Position numbers and translations under genes: made by a program. Below, piece by piece: positions 16,201 through 27,607 of a stretch of 64,000 nt of DNA (positions are counted from its first letter, which is position 1; the number at the start of each line of letters is the position of its first letter). The notes beneath the pieces are model-generated. The model had not been told where the DNA came from. It saw only the letters and a program-made list of their open reading frames with translations, and ran no database searches. The stretch lies in contig NC_042997.1 in assembly GCF_006345805.1 (NCBI RefSeq), forward strand, positions 23,560,001-23,624,000, in the 5' to 3' direction. The stretch is from Octopus sinensis. Lineage: Eukaryota.

Positions 16201-19200
16201 GTGTGTATAGCATGTGCAAATTAATGTTTATAATGTTTAATATCATAGTTTATTCATTCACAATTTAACTTGCTTGTCACAAAATTACTCCTAATTTAAC
16301 ATAATACAAAATACTTATACATGTAACTTTCTATCACAGCTGACAGTGAAATAAAAATAAAACTTGTTTTTTATCAGATAGAGTCATATATCTTATTCAG
16401 GTGTTCTTTAGTGAATTGAAAATTTGAATTTCTGATCATGCCATCCTCCCATTACTCTATTTTCTATATTTTGCAAAAATTTCAATTAACTGATTTCATT
16501 AGAGTTATATTCCTTGCTTTATTTTTGTAGCCTTTGAGCACTTTCACAGGAATTTTTTTTTACTAATTGCATAGTTAATGAAAGCATTTTTTAAAAAATC
16601 TCTCTACATATGAGACACAACTATATAATAAATCATGTGGCTTACTGATCCAGCATTTTAATGTCCTATTATTCATTCATACACACACACGTGTATCTGT
16701 ACACGCATGCATAAATCATTTAAAGGATAAAAGAAATATAGTAAATAAAATACTAACCCTGAACCTCTCATTCAAAACTGCTCTGAAACAGAAATGAAAA
16801 AGATTTTTAAATAACATAACTATAAAGAGGAAAAAAACCCATTTTAGTGCAAAGAAATAAGAGAAAAATACGACAATCAGTATATTTTGAATTCAAAATC
16901 TAGAATTTCTCCATTCTGAGCAGTTATTCTATTGATATTTTGGTCATTGTATTCTCATATAGGTAATGAAATTAAGAATATTTTTATCAGTTGATGTTTA
17001 GGCAACTCTGATTGAATACACATACATCTAAAGGTATATAACCAGCTCATTCTTTTCAAATATAGTATATTTAAGACCACATTAATTATGCCTTTCTCTC
17101 ATTGCTTCTTCTGAAGTATCAGTTGATCTGCTATGCTACAAGTACTTTCCACAGCATTTTTTACACACAGTAGGTGTCTTCTGTAGGTTTAGTATTATAC
17201 ATTCATAACAGTGTTTACTGCTCCTGCACACGTTAACCGATACCTTTATTGCTAATACATTCTTAATTTTTCATGCAAGCCAATGTTACATTTCCAATGG
17301 CTCATAGCAATTTCATTTCCCCAAAGCCTCAACACACCTTCCACATTAAATGCTCACATCTCATCATGCAGCATCACACTCTTTATCCAAATGCTTCATA
17401 AACTAATCATTTATATAATATAAACTATCTTCTATAACTAAGAAATCATTTGACTAATTCATGGACTTCATTTCACTGCTGCCTATTTCTGTACAGGCAG
17501 CACAACTTAGTTAGTTAGTTAGTTAATTTTTTGGCTCAAAAAGCAAAAAGCAAGGCCATGTAGGGGGACATGGAGTTATGTACAGGGTGGTGTTCATGTA
17601 AAGAGTTCAGGCCACTTGTAGTCAAGGGAGACTTTGAACCGAGCGGTCGTCGGCATCTTCACCATCTCATCCGGCAGCTTATTCCATGGATCCGCAACCC
17701 AGACGGAGAAAGCCCCTCTCCTTTGATTGAGATGAAATCGTCGCAGATAGAGCTTTTCAGAGTGACCCCGCAGCCGACGCTCTAGAGCAGGAGTGAAGAA
17801 CAGCTCTTTCGAGAAGTTACACTTTCCGCTTATGATGTGAGCAAGAATGAGGTCACCACAGCATCGTCGTTTTTCTAGAGAATAAAGGTCGAGTGTCTTC
17901 AGCCTTTCTTCATAAGACAAATTCTTGAGACCAAGAACCATGCGGGTAGCCAGCTTCTGGACTCTTTCAAGATGCTGTATGTCTTTGAGGAGATAAGGAG
18001 AAGAGGCTTAAATCCCGTACTCCAATATGGGTCTCACCAGGATGACATAGAGCGGTAGGAATATGGCTGCTGGGAGCATTCCGAATGACCGTCGAATCAA
18101 GAACAAAACTCCGCGTGCTTCGTTGGCAGCATGGATGCACTGGACCGAAGGCGAAGTTTTCATTTTGATATCCTGACAGAAGTATCACTGCATATGCTCT
18201 AAAAAAATTATTTGTACTGAGTACATAGAATTATAATAATGAACAAATGATTAACTATATAACTTACCTTTCCTGAAAACCAACCTAAACTACATCATGT
18301 CATTCTAAGGCTTTAAATCTATTTAAATCTATATAAATATGATGCGTGCCTTCCCTTCATTGGACACTGCTTGCGAAGACCTGTTGAGGCAAGTGAAATT
18401 GAAATCAAATTCGATGACTGGCATCCGTGCTAGTGGAGCACTAAGCGCACCATCCAAGTGTGATCGTTGCCAGAGCGGCTAACTGGCATTCATGCCAGTG
18501 GCACATAAAAGGAACCATTCAAGCGTGATCGTTACCAGCGACGCCTTACTGGCACTTGTGCCAGTGTGCAGGTGACACGTAAAAAAACACGATTTTTTTG
18601 TGACTGTTGCCAGTACCACCTGACTGGCCCTCGTGGCATGTAAAAGCACCCACTACACTCTCAGAGTGGTTGGCATTAGGAAGGGCATTCAGCTGTAGAA
18701 ACTCTGCCAGATCAAGATTGGAGCCTGGTGCAGCCATTTGGTTCGCCAATCCTCAGTCAAATTGTCCAACCCATGCTAGCATGGAAAGCGGACGTTAAAC
18801 GATGATGATGATGACACAATATGTATAAACAATATGTTTCATGATAGGCTATTCTTTAAAATTTGCTATTACTGAAACAGAAAAGGTATCTTGCTAACAT
18901 ATTTTTTCAGATTGTATATTACATGTGAGAGCTATTTGCACTGCAAGTTAGTTTGGCCATGCCTGATGTAGATAGTTAATTAAAATATGAAGTATGGAAA
19001 TCAAATCAAAATAGATGAACATCAATGGAATTTGTATCTTTGTGGTACCAGTGCCGGTGGCACACAAGAAAACCATCCGAACGTGGCCGTAGCCAGTACC
19101 GCATCAACTGGCCTCCGTGCTGTGGGCACGTAACAAACACCATCCGATCGTGGCCGTTCGCCAGCCTCATCTGGCACCTGTGTCGGTGGCACATAAAAAC

Positions 19201-19474
19201 ACCATCCGAGCGTGGCCGTCTGCCAGCCTCGTCTGGCACCTGTGTCGGTGGCACATAAAAAACACCATCCGAGCGTGGCCATTCGCCAGCCTCGTCTGGC
19301 ACCTGTGTCGGTGGCACATAAAATCACCCACTACACTCTCGGAGTGGTTGGCGTTAGGAAGAGCATCCAGCTGTAGAAACACTGCCAGATCTGACTGGCC
19401 TGGTGCAGCCTTCGGGCTCCCCAGACCCCAGTTGAACCGTCCAACCCATGCTAGCATGGAAAGCGGACGTTAAA

Positions 19475-19505
<31 letters not shown>

Positions 19506-20173
19506 AATGCTAAAAAGAATAAGCCATAATGGGTTCTATCAAATAACAAAAACAGTCAAGATAATTGATACTTACTTTCTCATACAAAACAAAGACGACA
19601 CGACAGTTGTGCTGGAGACCAAAAAGTCAGGATTAATGACAAGTAACCCTGTTTCATCAGTTATGTGATAAACACCAGCTGAATCAGTGCTGGCATCAAG
19701 AACATGGACAATATCACCTACAGCAACATAGCTATAACACCTGGTAAAATACAATACCATTAGAAATAGTAAATTAGACACTGATATTGTAGTTTTAAAA
19801 ATATTAATAATTTACTGTGAAGGTGATTATTTGAAACAAAGATTGAATTTATAATCCAGATAATTGTAGATATTATTAGCCAAAGTTTTGTTTAATTGTT
19901 GATATTTAATAGAAATTTTGATCAATAATGAATATTTAATAAGAATTAATATATTACAAACTTCACACTTTTACGTGTTTCAGTCATTTGATTGTGGCCA
20001 TGCTGGAGAACCGCCTTTAGTCGAGCAAATCGACCCCAGGACTTATTCTTTGCAAGCCTGGTACTTATTCTGTCGGTTTCTTTTTGCCGAACCGCTAAGT
20101 TACAGGCACGCAAACACACCAGCATCGGTTGTCAAGCGATGTTGTGGGGGGGCAAACAGACATATACACATAC

Positions 20174-20232
<59 letters not shown>

Positions 20233-22772
20233 ACATATATACGACGGGCTTCTTTCAGTTTCTGCCTACCAAATCCACTCACAAGGTCTTGATCGGCCTG
20301 AGGCTATAGTAGAAGACACTTGCTCAAGGTGCCACGCAGTGGGACTGAACTCGGAACCACGTGGTTGGTAAGCAAGCTACTTACTACACAGCCATTCCTA
20401 TTCTCAAATTATCTGTGAAAGTATGCTCAAGTTTGAGACTTTTTGATACTGTTTTATTTGTAAAGGGAACTGGTTGCTTCTTTACACTTTTGGGGTGCAA
20501 CACAATTTCCTTTCTTTTTGTTTCTAGAAACTACCAGTCAGGAACGAAACGCAAGTTTAAGAATATATACAATTCTTTATTCTCTTATTCAACAATGAAA
20601 CACGATGGTATACTGGTATCCATCTAGTTCAACACAGCAAGGCTGAATTCTAACGTTTGTAAGCTTCTCACAACAATTCAGCATTAATAGAACAGGTTAA
20701 ATCCTAAGCGTCTGGGACAGGAGAATAGGCTGATCACACGTATGAAAATACGTCCTTTCTCTTCTATCGCCGTGTCTCAAGTCCCCGACGCTATTAAGGA
20801 ACGCTATAGAATTTCTTCTTCAGTCTCTAGTGCATGTGCATGAGGGAACTTCCTTATGCCTTTCCAGAAGGTCCCAACCCCGCACACGCACACTGAAGAA
20901 GGACGCTCCGCACACGCACACCGAAGAATGACGTTGCGTGTGCGCACACTGGAACATGACATCACTACATATTAAATGAGAAATCAAATAATGATTGAAA
21001 TCGATTGAAATGATTGAAATGTGTTAAGCCCAATCATGTCAGCATCAACAAATGAGACACATATTACCGTATGCAACAATTACAGCTATAAATATATTAT
21101 CTAATCATCATCAACATCATCATGTGATACATATATATGTCCTACCCATGCCAGCATGGAAAATAGATGTATAATGATGATTGTGTGCGTGTGTGTGTAT
21201 ACTTGTATCTTCTTGTTTTGACATCACCTTATAGTTGTAAATCAGTGTCAGTCATTACCAATATTCTTCAAAAACATGTCTGGGCATGAAGAAATATTAC
21301 ATTGTTTGGAAACAGGTAAGGGTTGACAACAGGAAGGGCATTTGTCTATAAAAAATCTGTCTCAATAAATGTATGACCCATACAACCATGGAAAAGTGGA
21401 CACTAAAAGTGTGTGTGCATTGTTACTGTCTCCTTGCCTTGACTTCATGTGATAGTTGTAAAATGAGTATCACCATCAGGCAAGTAGTAACTTTCATTTC
21501 TAATCTTCTGTGAAAACATCTGCTCATGATGCATGTGTACGAACAGCCATGCTACATGGCAGTGAAACATGGGCCGTGACTGCTGAGGACATGCGTAAGC
21601 TCGCGAGGAATGAAGCCAGTATGCTCCGATGGATGTGTAATGTCAGTGTACATACTCGACAGAGTGTTAGTACCTTGAGAGAAATGTTGTACCTAAGAAG
21701 CATCAGTTGTGGTGTGCAAGAAAGACGATTGCGCTGGTATGGTCATGTGGCGAGAATGGATGAAGATAGGTGTGTGAAAAAGTGCCAATCCCTAGCAGTT
21801 GAGGGAACCCGTGGAAGAGGTAGACCCAGGAAAACCTGGGACGAGGTGGTGAAGCACGACCTTCGAACTTTAGGCCTCACTGAGGAAATGACCAGCGACC
21901 GAGACCTTTGGAAATATGCTGTACGTGAGAAGACCAGGCAGGACGAGTGAGCCCAGCCCACTTATGCATGCCTTTCCTCCCTTGGACACAAAGACCTGTT
22001 GAGGCAAGCAAAGTTGATATCGAACCTCATCCGACGACAGGCACCCATGCCAACCCCCTTTGCTTGCGAAGACATGTTGGGGCAAGTGAAATCGAAATCG
22101 GAATTGAAATTGAACCAATCCTATGACTGGCACCCGGCAGATGCCAGGACCCCTGGACTGGTGGTACGTAAAAAGCACTATCCGAATCGTGGCCGATGCC
22201 AGCGCCGCCTCGACTGGTTTCCTGCTGGTGGCACGTAAAATGCACCAATCCGACTGTGGCTGTTGCCAGCCTCGCCTGGCACGTGTGCGGGTGGCATGTA
22301 AAAAGCACCCACTACACTCACGGAGTGGTTGGCGTTAGGAAGGGCATCCAGCTGTAGAAACATTGCCAGATAAGACTGGAGCCTGGTGCAGCCTTCTGGC
22401 TTCCCAGATCCCTGGTCGAACCGTCTAACCTATGCTAGCATGGAGAACGGACGTTAAACGATGATGATGATGATAAAATATTAGCTTACTTGGAAATATG
22501 TGGGAGTTGGCAACAAGTAGGGCATGCAACTCTATAAAATCCTCAACAAATACTATCTGACCAATTCAAGCATAGAAAGGCAGACATTAAAACAATGATT
22601 ATATATATACAGGCACAGGAGAGGCTGTGTGGTAAGTAGCTTACTTACCAACTACATGGTTCTGGGTTCAGTCCCACTACGTGACACCTCGGGCAAGTGT
22701 CTTCTACTATAGCCTTGGGCTGACCAAAGCCTTGTGAATGGATATGGTAGACGGAAACTGAAAGAAGCTTAT

Positions 22773-22814
<42 letters not shown>

Positions 22815-25800
22815 CATACATACATTACGTGCGGGTGGCACGTAAAAAGCACCCACTACACTCACGGAGTGGTTGGCGTTAGGAAGGGCATCCAGCCATA
22901 GAAACACTGCCAGATCTGACTGGGCCTGATGAAGCCTTCCGGCTTCACAGACCCCAGTTGAACCGTCCAACCCATGCTAGCATGGAAAACGGACGCTAAA
23001 TGATGATGATGATGATGATGATGTATGTATGTATGTATGTTTGTTTGTTTCCCCAACATCGCTTGATAACTAATGCTTGTGTGTTTACGGTTCGGTAAGA
23101 GACCAATAGAATAAGTACTACGCTTATAAAGAATAAGACCTGGGGCCGATTTACTTGACTAAAGGTGGAGCCCCAGCATGGCCACAGCCAAATGACTGAA
23201 ACAAGTAAAAGAATATATATATATATATATAGCTAAACATCTTAGAAATTACATACCAAAAACCATGTAGCACACATGAAATTGTGTGGTCTTGGTTGGT
23301 CAAAACCAACTCAATATCTTGTCTGAAAGAAACAAATAAATATCTAGGTGTTAACATTTTAAAATATTATCAGATGGGCAGAAGAAAGTTGGTTTCAAAG
23401 AAAATACACAATGAGAAAGCATTCAATAATCTTAGAAGAATATTAAGGAGATGATGATGATGATAAACAGCAACACAAATTAATGTTATAGGATGGACAG
23501 GTTAACAAAATGTCATTTTTCCATGAATCTCAAAGCCACTTGCACCTCTACATTTATGAGATCCAACAATTTTTGAGACTATATTAAGTATACTAGAAGA
23601 TAAGAATAATTAAGTAATGGAAGTATTGACCAATGTATAGCTGAGGAACAAGGGCATGAATAAAAATGATGGCTAAGGAATGTACAACTCTTGTTATGCC
23701 GGTAAAATGATTTTAACAGAGAGATCAAAGGCTTGAGAAAAAGCTGGAATAAATATTGGACCTCACAGATAACCAAGTTTCATGAGGAAATTACTACATT
23801 ACAAAGTTTATCATGGTTAAAAGTAGACATAAAAATGATGATGATGATGGCAGTAGTGATGATAACAATGACGATGATTTATCAGATATATTTAGAAATA
23901 CTAGCTTCAAATTTTGGCACAAAGCCAGCAATTTGGGGGGTGGGGAAAGTCAACCTTGGTGAAACTTGATCTCAGAACGTAAAGTCAGACAAAATGCCAC
24001 TAAGAATTCTGCCAGGCATGCTAATGATCCTGCCTTGATATATTTAGAAATATTAACTCTCCAAATTCTTGATTACTTACCCTTGATATTTGACATCATT
24101 GATTTGGTAACGATTATATAATGAACACACAGGAGAACAAGTCAGTGGATTATCTTTGGAACTGAAAACAATAAATCATGATTAATAAATAGAACAGTAA
24201 TCAAAATTCAAAATAGAAAGGAAAAAAGCTGATGTAAAAGAAAAGTTAACATACGTTTTTGCTTTAGATTTGAAAGGAGAAAGATTTTTTATATCATCAC
24301 AGAATTCATCATCAAAGTCAAATGATGAATTCCACTGAGAAAGTTCAATATTATTTTCTTCTTCATCAAGTTTGCTTTGTGGTTCAGATGAAATATTGCT
24401 ATTGCTCACACAAGAAATATGTTTTATCTTGGGAACTGGAGAGAATGAGGTAGACGAGTTAGGTTTGTCTTGAATGTGTTTCAAATTAACATCCACTAAA
24501 TTTGCATTGTTATCATTTTTACTAGTATCATTCAGACTAATACCAGTGGATGTTTGCATATTTACATCATTGGAATGATTACCTTTCATGTCTGGAAATA
24601 TATTACTTTGAATATGGTTAGGGTTAATGAGGTTGTTTGATAATCCCTTATCACTGGAATTTATTTCTTTAAGAATTTCAGATAATATTTCATTATCATT
24701 AATAACAGATCCATTTTCAATACAAGGTTCACTTTTTGGAATTTTTTCCGTATTATTCTTTACTTCAGTCATAATTTGTTTTCCTTTAGATAAGTTTTGG
24801 CTTTTAGCAACAGGAATTTCTGCAAGAATTTCAGACAGAAATGTATCATTTGTATTATTTAATTTTTTAGGGACCATATTTGTTTTTGTCCCCAACCAAT
24901 CAAACACTTTATTTTTAGTATTACTACCATCGTTTTTTCTCAAAGTAGAAACACTTAAATTATTTTTAACATTAGACTTTTTAAGTTCATTACAAGCACT
25001 CGAATGCTTCAAATTCTTTGGAAAATTTTGTATTGGGCTTTTTAAAGAATCATTTTGCTCCCAAACATCATTTGGGTCAGGGTTTAAATTTTCCCACATA
25101 GCTAACTGCTCATCTGAATAGGCTTCACTAAAACTTTGATTTTCTTGCGTATCGTTTTCATTATCAAGAAATAAGTTAGATAACTCAATGCTACATCCAG
25201 TATTAAGTGATAGTTCAGTTTTATTAAATTCACTGCTGAGGGAGCGTTTTGATAATGGTGAACAACCTGAAACTGCTAACCGTTTAACAGATGTTCCGGA
25301 CAAACCAGTGTAATTTTTTACAGGGGTCAAAGGCTTATTAATTGGTTCTGCTAATTTCATTGCAGTATATTCTACAATACTGTCTTTTTTCTGAAGCGAT
25401 TCAGCCTTCTTCATAGATTTCTTTAAAATCTTAGACTTTAGTTTACTTTTACAATCTGCTTTTTTATTTATTCGGCTTTCCACTGTACTTTCTAAATTGG
25501 AAGAGGAAGAAAGAAAACTGCGTGCAAAAGATTTTTTTTGTATTCTCCCAAGAGTATCTGACTCGAAACAATGACTAGTTTCAGGCTGCTTTGAAAATAT
25601 TGGAGAAGTAGATTTTTCAGGAAAATTAGAAATGTTATGGTTAGGAGAAACAGAGCAAGAAAATATTTCCATTTCAGACTTTTCTTCGCTTCCTGGAATG
25701 TCTGTATTATGTTGAGGAGAGTTTTGAACAAATTTTCCATTGCCATCAAATGCATTTGCTTTTTTGATACAAGTCTTTTTAACTGGTGTTTCAAGAATAA

Positions 25801-26362
25801 TGTTGGAATCATCAAGATTAACAGTTTCTGCATTCATAGATTCTGACAGATTGGAACAACTTTGCAGAGAGCATATACTTAAAGTAGTTAAATTATCAGA
25901 AGCACCGTCATTCTTTGCACAGGTCTGATGATGAGAGACTTCAGAAATTTCATCTGATTTGTGAAGATGAACAGTTTCCTCTTTTACTGATTTCAATATG
26001 CCTGAAGTAGTTGGGAGAGGATATGGACCAAAATTAGTTAAATCAGAAACAGGAGATCTTTTAGAACAAGATCCTTCAAGTTGTATATCAGGAATTGTAT
26101 TTGATTCATTAATGTCTGTGATTTTCTGTTTTTGACCACCATACATTTTAAACAGCAATAGATCAGTGGAGGTCTGACATGAAACAGGTGGCTTTTTGGG
26201 ACTTTTAGAAATTTCTGTTTGGCTGCATGCTTTAAATTGACTATTTGTAAAATTTTCTGGTTGTTCTGCCACATAAACAGTTGAGGCCTTTTTTGACAGC
26301 CGTAATCGGTTTTTGAAATTTGGTTTTCCAACAACAGAAAACATGCTTTTATTTGAATTATT
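826..26362 (-). CDS. DNA2: DNA replication ATP-dependent helicase/nuclease DNA2, multi-exon, partial (3' helicase exons lie left of the window; 5'-most exon not identified)
   Basis: 16 exons joined by GT..AG introns with consistent phases. The translation contains DNA2 motifs: [87 protein letters not shown] and CSKCPHLLSC (Fe-S cluster cysteines). Confidence 0.95.
1311..1415 (-). CDS. DNA2: DNA2 exon (EKKGECISNLQFCG...FKRHTYS)
   Basis: atttcAG acceptor, GTAAGA donor, 105 nt; EK.G.CI.NL motif. Confidence 0.9.
2414..2599 (-). CDS. DNA2: DNA2 exon (FSLDVGNMTK...HLSQSHINFFIHWCVMIEFE...IWCSTGIDR)
   Basis: tttccAG acceptor (the in-phase one of two nearby AGs), GTTTGT donor, 186 nt; HL...H..FF..W...E motif. 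Confidence 0.88.
4389..4560 (-). CDS. DNA2: DNA2 exon ([12 protein letters not shown]...CSKCPHLLSCSIYQ)
   Basis: ttaacAG acceptor, GTAAGT donor, 172 nt; CxxCxxxxxC Fe-S motif. Confidence 0.95.
6359..6479 (-). CDS. DNA2: DNA2 exon (VTLYTMMMSDRREDPKEGLLLYLKD...NKR)
   Basis: ttccAG acceptor, GTATAA donor, 121 nt. Confidence 0.93.
7707..7787 (-). CDS. DNA2: DNA2 exon ([27 protein letters not shown])
   Basis: caacAG acceptor, GTAATA donor, 81 nt; ELK catalytic motif. Confidence 0.95.
9280..9322 (-). CDS. DNA2: DNA2 exon ([14 protein letters not shown])
   Basis: ctgtAG acceptor, GTAAGT donor, 43 nt; contains the catalytic Asp of the PD-(D/E)xK nuclease. Confidence 0.95.
9980..10777 (+). mobile_element. 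Internally deleted mariner transposon
   Basis: TIRs (gtatcaaaaagtttctggact vs accaggaacattttgatacc). N-terminal EQRVNMKFCIKLGKSTTETLNML and C-terminal LHPP..PD...HLFPKMK..LKGR with stop codons. Confidence 0.85.
11348..11416 (-). CDS. DNA2: DNA2 exon ([23 protein letters not shown])
   Basis: gattcAG acceptor, GTAAGT donor, 69 nt; DIEE.IWSP motif. Confidence 0.93.
12441..12548 (-). CDS. DNA2: DNA2 exon (YGHGTDESVVLAAVLKYIPNIVKWIEHHTNFMKQQ)
   Basis: tttccAG acceptor, GTAAGA donor, 108 nt; Y-x-P..W pattern. Confidence 0.9.
12946..13031 (-). CDS. DNA2: DNA2 exon (VLRNKIFKEKEILLLTKSIMKRKYILHE)
   Basis: tctccAG acceptor, GTAAGA donor, 86 nt, in phase. Confidence 0.85.
15975..16037 (-). CDS. DNA2: DNA2 exon ([21 protein letters not shown])
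   Basis: tttgcAG acceptor, GTTAGT donor, 63 nt; contains the nuclease histidine. Confidence 0.92.
16758..16782 (-). CDS. DNA2: DNA2 25-nt micro-exon (AVLNERFR)
   Basis: gtttcAG acceptor, GTTAGT donor; supplies the conserved AVL..F segment and restores phase between the flanking exons. Confidence 0.85.
17508..18180 (-). mobile_element. CR1-clade LINE 3' fragment with (AACT)n tail
   Basis: LSYEERLK.L.LYSLEKRR..GDLI, RLRGHS.KL and WNKLP. Confidence 0.9.
19003..19503 (+). repeat. RTE 3'-UTR-derived repeat with ~60-bp internal tandem units
   Basis: Same sequence family as 22000-22475. Other copies lie at ~6755-7000(-), 18345-18815(+), 22826-23023(+), 38224-38420(-), 38600-38915(+), 39350-39520(-) and 55690-56060(+). 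Confidence 0.85.
19576..19740 (-). CDS. DNA2: DNA2 exon (CYSYVAVGDIVHV...[19 protein letters not shown])
   Basis: ttaccAG acceptor, GTAAGT donor, 165 nt; contains the first Fe-S cysteine. Confidence 0.95.
21510..22475 (+). mobile_element. RTE-clade LINE 3' end (RT C-terminus, 3' UTR, (GAT)n tail)
   Basis: HGSETW, LRWYGHVARM and GRGRPRKTW, contiguous with the common repeat that ends in gatgatgat. Confidence 0.9.
23257..23322 (-). CDS. DNA2: DNA2 exon (QDIELVLTNQDHTISCVLHGFW)
   Basis: ctttcAG acceptor, GTATGT donor, 66 nt; matches the C-x-L-x-x-x-W segment of the DNA2 OB fold. Confidence 0.9.
24081..24161 (-). CDS. DNA2: DNA2 exon (SKDNPLTCSPVCSLYNRYQINDVKYQG)
   Basis: ttttcAG acceptor, GTAAGT donor, 81 nt; NRY motif at the start of the conserved region. 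Confidence 0.85.
24255..26362 (-). CDS. DNA2: DNA2 large N-terminal exon (~700 aa, S/N/K-rich, probably disordered)
   Basis: 720-aa ORF 24182-26344. Acceptor ttttcAG at 26363-26364 lies 18 nt upstream of the ATG, in frame. Donor AC|GTATGT at 24253-24254; phase matches the next exon. Confidence 0.85.
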
Positions 26363-27012
26363 CTGAAAACAAAATAAAGATAATTTCTTTTATTTGTTAT
26401 ATGATCAAAAATAGAACATTACAATACAATATAAAGATTTATGGAATGAAGTTATGTGTGTGTGTGTGTGTGTGCGCGCATGTATACAGGATGCAATGGG
26501 TAAATTGTTGGCATTTTATAATTTTGATTTCGCACATTGTTTATTTTTGATTTTGTCAACTACACAGTATGGTGGGGGTCAGTTGGGCACTGTCTGTGAG
26601 AAAACTAGCACCGTAAAGCAATTCACTCTGCCAGAAATTTGTAAAGAACATTGCTGTACTGCTTGGCATTCGCACCAGAAGCTCCAATACAAACAGATGG
26701 TGAACACACAGAACAACTGTTGACTTGCCATGTCCCCAAAACATGTATTGAGAATGATAAAAATCAAACATCCAGTCAACATCATGGTGATGTTATTCAT
26801 CTTCCCACATGGCCTCAGACTCAACAGGGTGGCTGCTGGAAGACCCTATGTGTGGCAACAGGACTCTGCACCACGCCACACATGACCTCAATATTCTGAT
26901 GACGATACAATAATCAAAGTGCAAAACTTGAAATTGAATACATATGAAATGCTGTGCCTTACCATAAAAAATGAAATTTTTGGCTGGCTGGAATCCTAAA
27001 TTGAAAACAAAT

Positions 27013-27182
27013 ATATATATTACAAAATAGTTGAATATATATTACAAAATAGTTGAATATATATTACAAAATAGTTGAATATATATTACAAAATAGTTGA
27101 ATATATATTACAAAATAGTTGAATATATATTACAAAATAGTTGAATATATATTACAAAATAGTTGAATATATATTACAAAAT
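27013..27182. repeat. 22-bp minisatellite, ~8 copies
   Basis: Unit atatatattacaaaatagttga with an exact 22-nt period. Confidence 0.95.
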
Positions 27183-27211
27183 ACAGGCAGCAAAAGTATA
27201 AACAGACTTAA

Positions 27212-27607
27212 TATAATTAAGGTAGAAAATTAAGTTACATTTTTTATAATTAAGGTAGAAAATTAAGTTACATTTTTTATAATTAAGGTAGAAAATTAAG
27301 TTACATTTTTTATAATTAAGGTAGAAAATTAAGTTACATTTTTTATAATTAAGGTAGAAAATTAAGTTACATTTTTTATAATTAAGGTAGAAAATTAAGT
27401 TACATTTTTTATAATTAAGGTAGAAAATTAAGTTACATTTTTTATAATTAAGGTAGAAAATTAAGTTACATTTTTTATAATTAAGGTAGAAAATTAAGTT
27501 ACATTTTTTATAATTAAGGTAGAAAATTAAGTTACATTTTTTATAATTAAGGTAGAAAATTAAGTTACATTTTTTATAATTAAGGTAGAAAATTAAGTTA
27601 CATTTTT
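27212..27607. repeat. 33-bp minisatellite, 12 copies
   Basis: ggtagaaaattaagttacatt recurs every 33 nt from 27221 to 27584. Confidence 0.95.

Noticed and set aside
20640-20830. Peptide KRLGQENRLITRMK resembling a GIY-YIG C-terminus
   Set aside because: The match is too short and surrounded by stops; the segment looks more like an LTR-type repeat ending at 20969.
24627-26334. Antisense and alternative-frame ORFs overlapping the large exon
   Set aside because: They are shadows of a long AT-rich coding exon with no recognisable motifs.
27013-27607. Regularly spaced repeats considered as a CRISPR-like array
   Set aside because: The units are head-to-tail with no unique spacers, in a eukaryotic intron.
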